Source: Candidatus Omnitrophota bacterium
GTDB lineage: Bacteria > Omnitrophota > Omnitrophia > Omnitrophales > Aquincolibacteriaceae
Reading direction: 5' to 3'
Assembly: GCA_043732705.1 (NCBI GenBank)
Contig: JAYTHE010000002.1
Span: forward strand, 56,385-120,384
Length of the DNA: 64,000 bases
Shown here: one piece after another, positions 29,864-37,898 of the stretch
How positions within the stretch are numbered: the first letter of the stretch is position 1
Layout of the letters: each line of letters begins with the position of its first letter
Program-made: the position numbers and the translations under genes
The notes under the pieces: generated by a model
Database searches by the model: none
What the model was told of the DNA's origin: nothing
What the model saw: the letters and a program-made list of their open reading frames with translations, nothing else

Positions 29864-32038
29864 ATGAAAGAGCACGCTTGCTGTCGTTCTCCAGTTAAAG
29901 CAGAGCAACCGCCGCCAAAAAATGCCGGTGGTTACACTTGTCCGATGCATCCGGAGATTGAGCAAGACCATCCCGGAACTTGCCCAAAATGTGGAATGGC
30001 GTTAGAACCCAAAAATGCTTCTGCTGCGCCTGAAAATCAAGAATATCACGATATGTTGCGACGATTCTGGGTGAGCTTAGGTCTTTCTGTGCCCGTTGCC
30101 TTTTTTGCCATGACCGAAATGCTTCCAAATAGGCCGTTTCAAAGTTTTTTATCTATGCAGCATGTGAATTGGATCGAATTTGTTCTTGCAAGTGTTGTTG
30201 TGTTTTGGGGAGGGCTACCTTTTTTTGAGCGCGGTGTGGCGTCGATTATTCATCGCAGCTTGAATATGTTCACGCTTATCGCATTGGGTGTGGGTGTGGC
30301 GTATGTTTACAGCGCCTCTGCAACGCTTGCGCCTGGAATTTTTCCGGCAAACTTTCGCGGGCACGGCGGTGAAGTGGCGGTTTATTTTGAAGCCGCGTCT
30401 GTTATTACCGTTTTAGTTTTGCTGGGGCAGGTTTTAGAATTAAAAGCTCGTACGCAAACCGGTGAAGCGATTCAAGCACTTTTAAATCTTGCGCCAAAAA
30501 TGGCGCGTGTTATCGCGGCGGATGAAATAGAAAAAGACATTCCTATCGAAAATGTGCAGCGTGGCGATAAGTTACGTGTGCGGCCCGGCGAAAAAATTCC
30601 GTCGGATGGTTTGGTTGTGGATGGCGAGAGCGCAGTGGATGAATCGATGGTTACTGGCGAATCTATGCCCGTTGAAAAATCTAAAGGCTCAAAAGTTGTC
30701 GGCGGCACGGTCAATGGCACAGGCAGTTTAATTGTGCAGGCTGAAAAAATCGGCAGTGAGACTTTGCTTGCTCAAATTGTGCATATGGTCGGTGAAGCAC
30801 AACGCAGCAGAGCGCCGATCCAGCGTTTGGCCGACATCGTTGCGGCTTATTTTGTTCCGATGGTTTTGGTTGTAGCAGCGATTACTTTTTTTATTTGGGG
30901 GTTTTTCGGACCGGAACCGAAAATGGTTTATGCGATTGTAAATGCTGTGGCGGTATTGATTATTGCTTGTCCTTGCGCGCTAGGGCTTGCGACACCGATG
31001 TCTATTATGGTCGGCGTAGGCCGCGGCGCAACAGCCGGAATTTTAATCAAGAATGCCGAAGCGCTGGAGGTTTTTAGAAAAGTTGATACTCTGATTTTTG
31101 ATAAAACGGGCACGCTCACCGAAGGTAAACCCAAACTTGTTTCCGTTGCTTCCGCGCCCGGAATGAACGAAGCTGATTTTTTACGATTTGCCGCCAGTTT
31201 AGAACGCGCAAGCGAACACCCATTGGCGCAGGCGATTGTTAAAGGGGCCGAAGCAAAAGGTGTTCGCTTTTCCGAAATCCAAAATTTTAAATCGGTTACC
31301 GGCAAAGGCGTTCAGGGCACTTTGGACCGCAAGCAGGTTCTTCTCGGGAATCAAAAATGGATTGAAGAGCTGGGCGTTATTACCACGGATTTTTCCGCGC
31401 AAGCAGACAAGCTGCGTGAAGACGGCCAGACGGTTATGTTTGTGGCGGTTGAAAAGAAAATTGCGGGAATACTTGGCGTGGCCGATGCGGTTAAAGATTC
31501 GACGCCGGAAGCCATTCAATTGCTGCACCAAGACGGCCTCAGGCTCATTATGGTTACCGGCGACAATCCGGTCACGGCAAATGCGGTAGCAAAAAAACTG
31601 GGCATTGACGAAGTGCGCGCGGGTGTTTTGCCCGAGCAAAAAGGCGCAATTGTGAAAGAATTACAGGCGCAAGGCAAGCGTGTCGCGATGGCAGGTGATG
31701 GCGTGAATGACGCGCCCGCGTTGGCGCAGGCGGACGTGGGTATCGCCATGGGAACAGGTACGGATGTTGCGATGCAAAGCGCGGGAGTCACGCTTGTCAA
31801 AGGTGATTTGCGCGGCATTGCCAAGGCGCGCGCATTAAGCCGCGCGACGATGGCCAATATCCGTCAAAATCTTTTTTTCGCATTTATTTACAATCTTCTC
31901 GGTGTGCCGGTTGCCGCGGGAATTTTGTATCCTTTTTTTGGAATTTTGTTGAGTCCGATTATCGCCAGCGCAGCCATGGCTTTTAGTTCAGTTTCGGTTA
32001 TCATGAATGCATTGCGCCTACGCCGTATTTCTCTCTAG
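29864..32038 (+). CDS. copA: Copper-translocating P1B-type ATPase
   Basis: N-terminal [22 protein letters not shown] module, a TM CPC motif ([13 protein letters not shown]), DKTGTLT phosphorylation and [10 protein letters not shown] hinge motifs. The start is chosen at 29864 after an AAGAGAGG SD. Confidence 0.9.
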   Translation: MKEHACCRSPVKAEQPPPKNAGGYTCPMHPEIEQDHPGTCPKCGMALEPKNASAAPENQEYHDMLRRFWVSLGLSVPVAFFAMTEMLPNRPFQSFLSMQHVNWIEFVLASVVVFWGGLPFFERGVASIIHRSLNMFTLIALGVGVAYVYSASATLAPGIFPANFRGHGGEVAVYFEAASVITVLVLLGQVLELKARTQTGEAIQALLNLAPKMARVIAADEIEKDIPIENVQRGDKLRVRPGEKIPSDGLVVDGESAVDESMVTGESMPVEKSKGSKVVGGTVNGTGSLIVQAEKIGSETLLAQIVHMVGEAQRSRAPIQRLADIVAAYFVPMVLVVAAITFFIWGFFGPEPKMVYAIVNAVAVLIIACPCALGLATPMSIMVGVGRGATAGILIKNAEALEVFRKVDTLIFDKTGTLTEGKPKLVSVASAPGMNEADFLRFAASLERASEHPLAQAIVKGAEAKGVRFSEIQNFKSVTGKGVQGTLDRKQVLLGNQKWIEELGVITTDFSAQADKLREDGQTVMFVAVEKKIAGILGVADAVKDSTPEAIQLLHQDGLRLIMVTGDNPVTANAVAKKLGIDEVRAGVLPEQKGAIVKELQAQGKRVAMAGDGVNDAPALAQADVGIAMGTGTDVAMQSAGVTLVKGDLRGIAKARALSRATMANIRQNLFFAFIYNLLGVPVAAGILYPFFGILLSPIIASAAMAFSSVSVIMNALRLRRISL

Positions 32039-32117
32039 TTTTTGTCAAAATCTCAACCCTGATTTGTTTCCATTTGGTATGCGCAAATTTATTAAATCAA
32101 GAGTAAAATAAACGCTT

Positions 32118-33113
32118 ATGGCTAACCACAAACATTCTCACGCTAAAGGGCATTCTCATTCCCATGCTGTGATTGACCCGTCGATTGTGACGCATGAACG
32201 CGGGCTATGGGCCGTGAAATGGTCCTTCATTGTTTTAATGATTACAGCTGCTTTGCAGCTCATCGTCGTGATTCTTTCAAGTAGCGTTGCGCTGCTTGCA
32301 GATACCATTCATAACTTTGCGGACGCGGCGACAGCCATCCCGCTTGGTATTGCTTTTTTATTTGTCCGCTTGAAACCAAGCAAGCGTTTTAATTATGGTT
32401 ACGGACGCGTTGAAGATTTAGCCGGCGTTATTGTCATTTTACTAATTCTTTTCAGCGGAATTGTCGCCGCTTATCAATCTGTGAATCGATTTTTTCATCC
32501 GCAGGATATTCATCATTTGGGTATCGTTGCCTTAGCGTCGATTTTGAGTTTTATCGGAAATGAAGGTGTGGCAATTTTTAGAATCAAAGTCGGCAAAGAA
32601 ATTGGCAGTGCGGCTTTAATCGCGGATGGTTATCACGCGCGCATTGACGGGTGGTCAAGCCTGGCTGTGCTTGTCGGGGCGATCGGAATTTGGCTCGGCT
32701 TTCCGCTTGCAGACCCGCTCATGGGTTTATGTATTACCGCTTCAATTCTTTATATCACATGGATATCCAGCAAAGAAATTTTTACTCGATTGTTGGATGG
32801 TGTTGATCCGGATGTGATTCATGAAGTCGAACATTCTACCGGGCATGTGCAAGGCGTCCAGAAAATTGGAGAAATTAAAGCGCGCTGGTCGGGGCATAAA
32901 CTTTACGTTGAAATGGCGATTGCCGTAAAAAGCGATGCCTCCGTGAAAGAAGGGCATGACATAGCCAAGGAAGTGCGTCACCAAATCCTGCATCATCTTC
33001 CGCATGTCGAGCAAATTATGATTCATGTCGATCCGGAAAATGAATTCGGAAGCGCGCATTATAAAATCGGCCCGCATGCGCATGGCGATGGCCCGGTGCA
33101 TTCGCATGACTGA
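32118..33113 (+). CDS. Cation diffusion facilitator (CzcD-like) transporter
   Basis: His-rich N-terminus, six TM helices with HxxxD-type motifs and a C-terminal His-rich tail. Confidence 0.8.
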   Translation: MANHKHSHAKGHSHSHAVIDPSIVTHERGLWAVKWSFIVLMITAALQLIVVILSSSVALLADTIHNFADAATAIPLGIAFLFVRLKPSKRFNYGYGRVEDLAGVIVILLILFSGIVAAYQSVNRFFHPQDIHHLGIVALASILSFIGNEGVAIFRIKVGKEIGSAALIADGYHARIDGWSSLAVLVGAIGIWLGFPLADPLMGLCITASILYITWISSKEIFTRLLDGVDPDVIHEVEHSTGHVQGVQKIGEIKARWSGHKLYVEMAIAVKSDASVKEGHDIAKEVRHQILHHLPHVEQIMIHVDPENEFGSAHYKIGPHAHGDGPVHSHD

Positions 33114-33143
33114 AGCTTTTTGATCTTCTGTTAGAATGCGCGC

Positions 33144-33236
33144 ATGAACCCCGTTAGAAATTTACCAAAAATCGCGCAGCCATTCATTTTCAGCCTGGTG
33201 AATTTGGACAACACGGTATTGAAAAAGAATTTCTAA
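33144..33236 (+). CDS. Leaderless mini-ORF (30 aa: MNPVRNLPKIAQPFIFSLVNLDNTVLKKNF), a paralogue of 16709..16813
   Basis: TAGAAT -10 box 6 nt upstream. It shares the conserved MNPVR start and NF-stop end, which sits 5 nt before the next ATG. Confidence 0.4.
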   Translation: MNPVRNLPKIAQPFIFSLVNLDNTVLKKNF

Positions 33237-33241
33237 CAAAA

Positions 33242-33406
33242 ATGAAACTGCCCATTGCACGGCTGCTTCCGCTATTGGCAGTGCCTGTCATTATTTTAAC
33301 CGCGGTTATGACGGTTATTTTTTGGCAGCAAAACAAAACGAAAATCAGTTTCTCTGATTATGGCGAGCCGCCACCACCTCAGTTAATAAAACATATGCAG
33401 AGATAA
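33242..33406 (+). CDS. Unannotated small membrane protein (54 aa: MKLPIARLLPLLAVPVIILTAVMTVIFWQQNKTKISFSDYGEPPPPQLIKHMQR)
   Basis: It lies immediately downstream of mini-ORF 2 and has a single predicted TM helix. Below the ORF-track cutoff. Confidence 0.3.
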   Translation: MKLPIARLLPLLAVPVIILTAVMTVIFWQQNKTKISFSDYGEPPPPQLIKHMQR

Positions 33407-33442
33407 AGAGGCGAGATTTAGACTGAATTGGTTTCTTGGTTT

Positions 33443-33496
33443 GAAACAAAAAATAAAAAACCGAAGCGGTTTGTGCCGCTTCGGTTTTTGAAAGAA
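33443..33496. terminator. Bidirectional rho-independent terminator
   Basis: AAAAACCGAAGCGG-tttgtg-CCGCTTCGGTTTTT with A/T runs on both sides, between convergent genes. Confidence 0.55.
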
Positions 33497-33498
33497 AA

Positions 33499-33807
33499 TT
33501 AAGAAACAGTAGCCGTTGTTGCAGTTTTAGCCTTTTCTGCAGCTTCTTTTTCAGCTTTCTTCGCGTCTTGTTGGACTTTGCGTTCAGCTTGCTTCTTTTC
33601 GCGCTCTAATTTTCTTTGAGCTTGCTTAGCTTCACGATCAGCCTTCTTTTTGGCTTTCGCAGCCTTTTTTGCATCACGGTCAGCCATGTTCTCGGCTTTC
33701 TTTTGCATGCCTTTTGCAGCGGCAGCGACATCGCTGTCAGCGTGAACTACCGGAGCGGCCAAGCACAAAGTTGCAATCAAGAGAACAAACAAATTAAATC
33801 TTTTCAT
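33499..33807 (-). CDS. Secreted Lys/Ala/Glu-rich repeat protein (KAKE-like)
   Basis: A signal peptide MKRFNLFVLLIATLCLAAPVVHA followed by a low-complexity K/A/E-rich region. The inner ATG with an AAGGA SD is preferred. Confidence 0.4.
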   Translation of the reverse strand: MKRFNLFVLLIATLCLAAPVVHADSDVAAAAKGMQKKAENMADRDAKKAAKAKKKADREAKQAQRKLEREKKQAERKVQQDAKKAEKEAAEKAKTATTATVS

Positions 33808-34048
33808 ACTTTTTCCTTTTTGAATTAACGAATCATACCCATTATACGTATGTTTGACGCAGGGTGAAGCCCGCTTCTTCAATTTTTTATTAGGGGTATT
33901 TAGTCCTTCGCCGACCCTCATAACACCGTCTATTCCACTACGCGGATTGTTAGCTTAATTCCTCACGAATCAAGCAGTTCCCTGGTATCAACCCCCTTAG
34001 GCCGCCTTCAGAATGGAGGCAGTAATCGATTAACCTGAGGGGTGATCT

Positions 34049-34336
34049 ATGAAAAAGAATACAACTGTTACAAGCGGTATTATTATTTTTGCATTTATTT
34101 TGAGCGGGTCTACCGTCACGCATGCCGCTTTAGCAGAGTCCGCGCATGCAATTGTTTGGGAGCAAAAAAACTTTTTAATCGAGGGGACAGCACGCTTATT
34201 TTCGCATTGGCTTAATCACAAAAAACCAAATGCGCCTATTTTAAAAATGACTGCCTTGCCGGAAAAATCAAAAACGCCAATATCCGGGTGGGAGCAACAG
34301 CTGAGTGCTTCCCGTCTAGTTGCTGCTTCCGCGTAG
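34049..34336 (+). CDS. Small secreted hypothetical protein
   Basis: Signal peptide only, no recognisable motif. Confidence 0.3.
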   Translation: MKKNTTVTSGIIIFAFILSGSTVTHAALAESAHAIVWEQKNFLIEGTARLFSHWLNHKKPNAPILKMTALPEKSKTPISGWEQQLSASRLVAASA

Positions 34337-34381
34337 ATTCTGCAAAAGCAGAAAGCTAATCCGTTAGTCCGCTGCGAAGCT

Positions 34382-34410
34382 GTCATCCCCGCGCAGGCGG
34401 GGATCCAGTC
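34382..34410. repeat. REP-like palindromic unit, copy B
   Basis: GTCATCCCCGCGCAGGCGGGGATCCAGTC. Confidence 0.5.
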
Positions 34411-34449
34411 TTTTGCTCGTATTTGCTGGTCTTGAGTTATAATCCAACC

Positions 34450-34725
34450 ATGCCTCAATCTCTTTTAGCATTAGTTGAAATCAGTTTTGCCAACGAGGAT
34501 GATTTTAAAAAGGGCACTGATTTAGTTCAAAGCAATTTGCGTGAATGTAAGACCGCTTCAGCCTTTGCCGTTTATGAAGACAAAATTGGTTTTCACATGT
34601 GGTTCGACGGACAAGCTGATTATTCGCTTCTGAATCAAATCAAAAAAGAGTTGGCTGCGAATGGGCTTCAGAATTTCAGCCTTAACATTCGCGAGTTTAC
34701 TGAAACTAAAACTTTTAAGATTTAG
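34450..34725 (+). CDS. Hypothetical small protein of about 90 aa
   Basis: ORF only. The inner Met start is preferred. Confidence 0.3.
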   Translation: MPQSLLALVEISFANEDDFKKGTDLVQSNLRECKTASAFAVYEDKIGFHMWFDGQADYSLLNQIKKELAANGLQNFSLNIREFTETKTFKI

Positions 34726-34887
34726 TCCGCGTACTTTCCCACGCGATAAAAGCTTTCTTGCGAATAGGATTCAAGCGGTATTCACCGGTTACGCTGGTTT
34801 CAGAAAGATCAGAACATTTCTAAAAGTATCGAGTTTGATTAGTTTATAATACTTAAACGTCATCCTTTGATTTGACAGGGGGTATTT

Positions 34888-35211
34888 ATGAAGAAAATCA
34901 TTTGTGTTTTAGTTGTGCTTGGCATTGCGGGATTAATTATATTTCAGGCCAGCTCACGCAGGATTGACGGCGCCATTATGACGCTTGACCCTATGAAACA
35001 GTCATTTACGGTCATTCAAAAAAGGTTATTATCCGGGCGTTCAGATACGTCCGAAATTTATGTGATTCCCACGACCCGCTTTCAGGGGATCAAGGCGATG
35101 ATGGAATTGAAAATGGGCGACCGGGTAAAGGTTTATGTTGTCAAAAAAAGTGACGGCCGGCTTGAAGCCGCGCTGATTCAGCTGAAGCAGAAGCCGATCA
35201 CGAATATTTAA
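34888..35211 (+). CDS. Small secreted hypothetical protein
   Basis: Signal peptide only. Confidence 0.35.
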   Translation: MKKIICVLVVLGIAGLIIFQASSRRIDGAIMTLDPMKQSFTVIQKRLLSGRSDTSEIYVIPTTRFQGIKAMMELKMGDRVKVYVVKKSDGRLEAALIQLKQKPITNI

Positions 35212-35259
35212 GCGCACTCAAGCCTGTTTGATTTTAATTTAGAGTTATCCGGAGGATTT

Positions 35260-35733
35260 ATGGCGAAAGCAAAGAAAGTGAAAGCACCGAAGACATCTAA
35301 GAAAGGTAAAAAAGAAATCGACGCGCCGATGATGCCGACGATCATCGAGGGCTTGTCTAAGCTGGTCGAGCGGCTTGAGATTGTCGAGCGCAAAGTGGAT
35401 CAGGTGAATAGCCGTATCTCCAATATTTTATTTGAAATCCGAGGAGAGATTCAGCAAAGCGCGCGTCAGCAGAATGCTTCACACCAGCAAAACCCTTATT
35501 CGTATTCACAACCCCAGCGCCCGTTGCCCGTTATGCCTCCGCGCCAAATGTATCAGGTGGTTTGCGCGGACTGCAAAAAGAGTGCGGAAGTGCCTTTTAA
35601 GCCCGGTGACCGGCCCGTTTATTGCAAAGAATGTTTCGCCGCCCGCAAATCCGGAAATGTTGTCGTCGCTGCAGCCCCTGCCGCTCCGGCAAAAACTGAA
35701 AAGCCTTCGAAAGCTAAGAAGAAAAAGAAGTGA
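35260..35733 (+). CDS. Zinc-ribbon protein with a Lys-rich N-terminal region and a CxxC-x17-CxxC C-terminal module
   Basis: VCADCKKSAEVPFKPGDRPVYCKEC resembles the zf-trcl type probable zinc ribbon. Confidence 0.45.
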   Translation: MAKAKKVKAPKTSKKGKKEIDAPMMPTIIEGLSKLVERLEIVERKVDQVNSRISNILFEIRGEIQQSARQQNASHQQNPYSYSQPQRPLPVMPPRQMYQVVCADCKKSAEVPFKPGDRPVYCKECFAARKSGNVVVAAAPAAPAKTEKPSKAKKKKK

Positions 35734-36134
35734 AGAAGATTCTTATTGGCTCATTCTTTGCGTTGATCAGCTCAAGTGTGGTGTTTGCGCAGTTGGGGCC
35801 GATTGAAGAATCGCTTGCTTATAAGCGGTATCAATCCCGTCCTCAAACTGAATTGTCCAAACTGATTTATGTCATGGATCGTTTTAATGTGCCGGGCGTT
35901 GAAGTTAAGGTTGATGACAGTACTTTTTCCGCAGACAAAGTTTTTCCTTTTTGGAAAGTGAATTTGAGGGTGAGCTACGATGAGGAAGCAGCTGAAGAAT
36001 GGATTCAGAGATATTGTTATCGTTCGGATGATACCAACGAGGTGATTTATATGCGAACAGGGAATGAAGATTTTAAACCAGCCCGAGATAGCTTTCTTGA
36101 AGAGCTCAACCGCCTTCGCGAACTTTTAAAATAA
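35730..36134 (+). CDS. Secreted hypothetical protein
   Basis: Signal peptide only. An ATGA overlap couples it to the upstream gene. Confidence 0.4.
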   Translation: MKKILIGSFFALISSSVVFAQLGPIEESLAYKRYQSRPQTELSKLIYVMDRFNVPGVEVKVDDSTFSADKVFPFWKVNLRVSYDEEAAEEWIQRYCYRSDDTNEVIYMRTGNEDFKPARDSFLEELNRLRELLK

Positions 36135-36138
36135 AACG

Positions 36139-36669
36139 GTGATTTCAACTATCGATCATGCAATTTTTTTCTTTTTCCAGGGGCTGCAGAGGCCTTGGCT
36201 GGATTATTTCCTCGCATGGCCGACGTATTTAGGCGACACAAAAGTTCTGCTTAGTTTTTTGCTTCCCGCCGTTTTGATTTTCGACAAAAAAAATGCTTTT
36301 CGAACCATTGCGGCGATTTCTATCGCATTATTGATTGTGGGATATGCTTCGCCCACACTCAAAGAACTTTTTCACCGTCCGCGGCCGCATATTTTTTGGG
36401 AAAATGTACATGTGATTTTCGCAAAGCCGCACAATGACGCTTTTCCTTCGGGGCATGCGATGGTTATCTTCGCCGCCATGTTTATGCTGAGCCATTATTA
36501 TCCTAAATTAAGTCCGTGGTTTTACGCGGCCGCAGTTTGGGTGGGGATGACGCGCGTCTATGTCGGTGCGCATTATCCGACCGATATTGTTGGTGGTATG
36601 ATTTTTGGTGTGTTGTGCGGATGGCTTGCGAGTGTAATTGTGAAATTTTATTCGCAGCGCGCAGCATAA
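36139..36669 (+). CDS. PAP2-family phosphatase (PgpB/undecaprenyl-diphosphatase-like)
   Basis: PAP2 motifs KxxxxxxRP, PSGH (PSGHAMV) and SRxxxxxHxxxD (VGAHYPTDIVGG). Confidence 0.8.
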   Translation: MISTIDHAIFFFFQGLQRPWLDYFLAWPTYLGDTKVLLSFLLPAVLIFDKKNAFRTIAAISIALLIVGYASPTLKELFHRPRPHIFWENVHVIFAKPHNDAFPSGHAMVIFAAMFMLSHYYPKLSPWFYAAAVWVGMTRVYVGAHYPTDIVGGMIFGVLCGWLASVIVKFYSQRAA

Positions 36670-36766
36670 GGTTATAGCAAAAACGATCTTTTTCAAGTCG
36701 TTAAGAATTCGTGCTAATAAAGGGCAGGCTTCGATTTGACAAGATCGAACCATTTGGATAGCTTAG

Positions 36767-36786
36767 TGATGTAAGCGCTTACATCA
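36767..36786. promoter_or_regulatory. LacI-family operator palindrome upstream of the regulator gene
   Basis: TGATGTAAGCGCTTACATCA is a perfect 20 bp palindrome matching the TGTAANCGNTTACA-type consensus. Confidence 0.5.
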
Positions 36787-36800
36787 TTAAAGGAAAAACA

Positions 36801-37841
36801 ATGCGGAAAATGACCATTTACGAAATAGCTAAAAAATCAGGCGTATCCATCGCGACGATTTCCCGCGCGGTCAATCCGGAAACACAGCACAAGGTCGCTG
36901 CGCAAACCTTGGGAAAAATTGAAAGATTGATCGCTCAGCACAATTACACGCCCAATCGCGCGGCAAGCCAATTGACGCGAGCGCGTTACATGACCGTAGG
37001 TGTGCTGATTCCGCATCATGCCGGCATTCTTCTTGAGCCGTATTACTCCAAAATTCTCTGCGGTGTGGCGGATGCATTACTCGATACAGACTATAAAATG
37101 AAAATCGTCATGCTCAAATGCCAGAAGCCAAAATGGGACAAATATAATTTTCAAATCGGCGAAGGGATTGACGCGTTGATTGTGACGCATTGGCATGCTT
37201 TCTTTTCGGGGGGAAGCTCCCTGGAGAATATGAAGATTCCTTGTGTTGTGTTAAATGACGTGGAAAACGGCGTGAAAGCGCATTTTATAGCGGGCGATCA
37301 TTATCAGGGCGGGCGCATGGTCGCGGATTATTTGTTTAACGAAGGCCACCGCCGTTTTGCGGTAATGACGGGCCCGAAAGGTTCAAGCGACAGCCATATG
37401 CGGCTGAAAGGATTTCGCGACGGGTTGTCTAAAAAGAGAATTAAGCTGGAGCCTCATCAAATAATGTGCGGCGAATTTCAGGAACAAAAAGCCGCGGACA
37501 TTACGGAAGACTTGCTTCAGGCAAATCCGAAGGCCACGGCACTTTTCTGTTTGAATGACGGTATGGCTTTGGGGGTATTGCGCCGCTTAAAGGAATTAAA
37601 AGTGGATTGCCCGAAGAAGATTTCGGTGGTGGGTTATGACAACGATTCACGGGGCGAACTTTCCCTGCCGGCGCTCTCGAGCGTGCAAGTGCCGCTTTAC
37701 GGAATGGCACATGCCGCGGCGAAACAATTGGCGGAGTATCTTGTGAACGCTGAAAGCAAGAAAAGTAAAAATAGTTTGGCCGGCCGGATACTTTTACCGG
37801 TTGAGCTTGTGAAAAGAAAGTCCGTCAGGCAGGTTCGGTAA
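36801..37841 (+). CDS. LacI-family transcriptional regulator
   Basis: An N-terminal HTH (IYEIAKKSGVSIATISRAVN) and a periplasmic-binding-protein-like effector domain. Confidence 0.85.
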   Translation: MRKMTIYEIAKKSGVSIATISRAVNPETQHKVAAQTLGKIERLIAQHNYTPNRAASQLTRARYMTVGVLIPHHAGILLEPYYSKILCGVADALLDTDYKMKIVMLKCQKPKWDKYNFQIGEGIDALIVTHWHAFFSGGSSLENMKIPCVVLNDVENGVKAHFIAGDHYQGGRMVADYLFNEGHRRFAVMTGPKGSSDSHMRLKGFRDGLSKKRIKLEPHQIMCGEFQEQKAADITEDLLQANPKATALFCLNDGMALGVLRRLKELKVDCPKKISVVGYDNDSRGELSLPALSSVQVPLYGMAHAAAKQLAEYLVNAESKKSKNSLAGRILLPVELVKRKSVRQVR

Positions 37842-37858
37842 AAAAATTTGTACTTGAA

Positions 37859-37872
37859 TGTAAGCGCTTACA
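37859..37872. promoter_or_regulatory. Second LacI-type operator, upstream of the large secreted repeat protein
   Basis: TGTAAGCGCTTACA has the same core as the operator at 36767. Confidence 0.5.
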
Positions 37873-37898
37873 CATAAAACAAAAAGGGGAATAAGACA

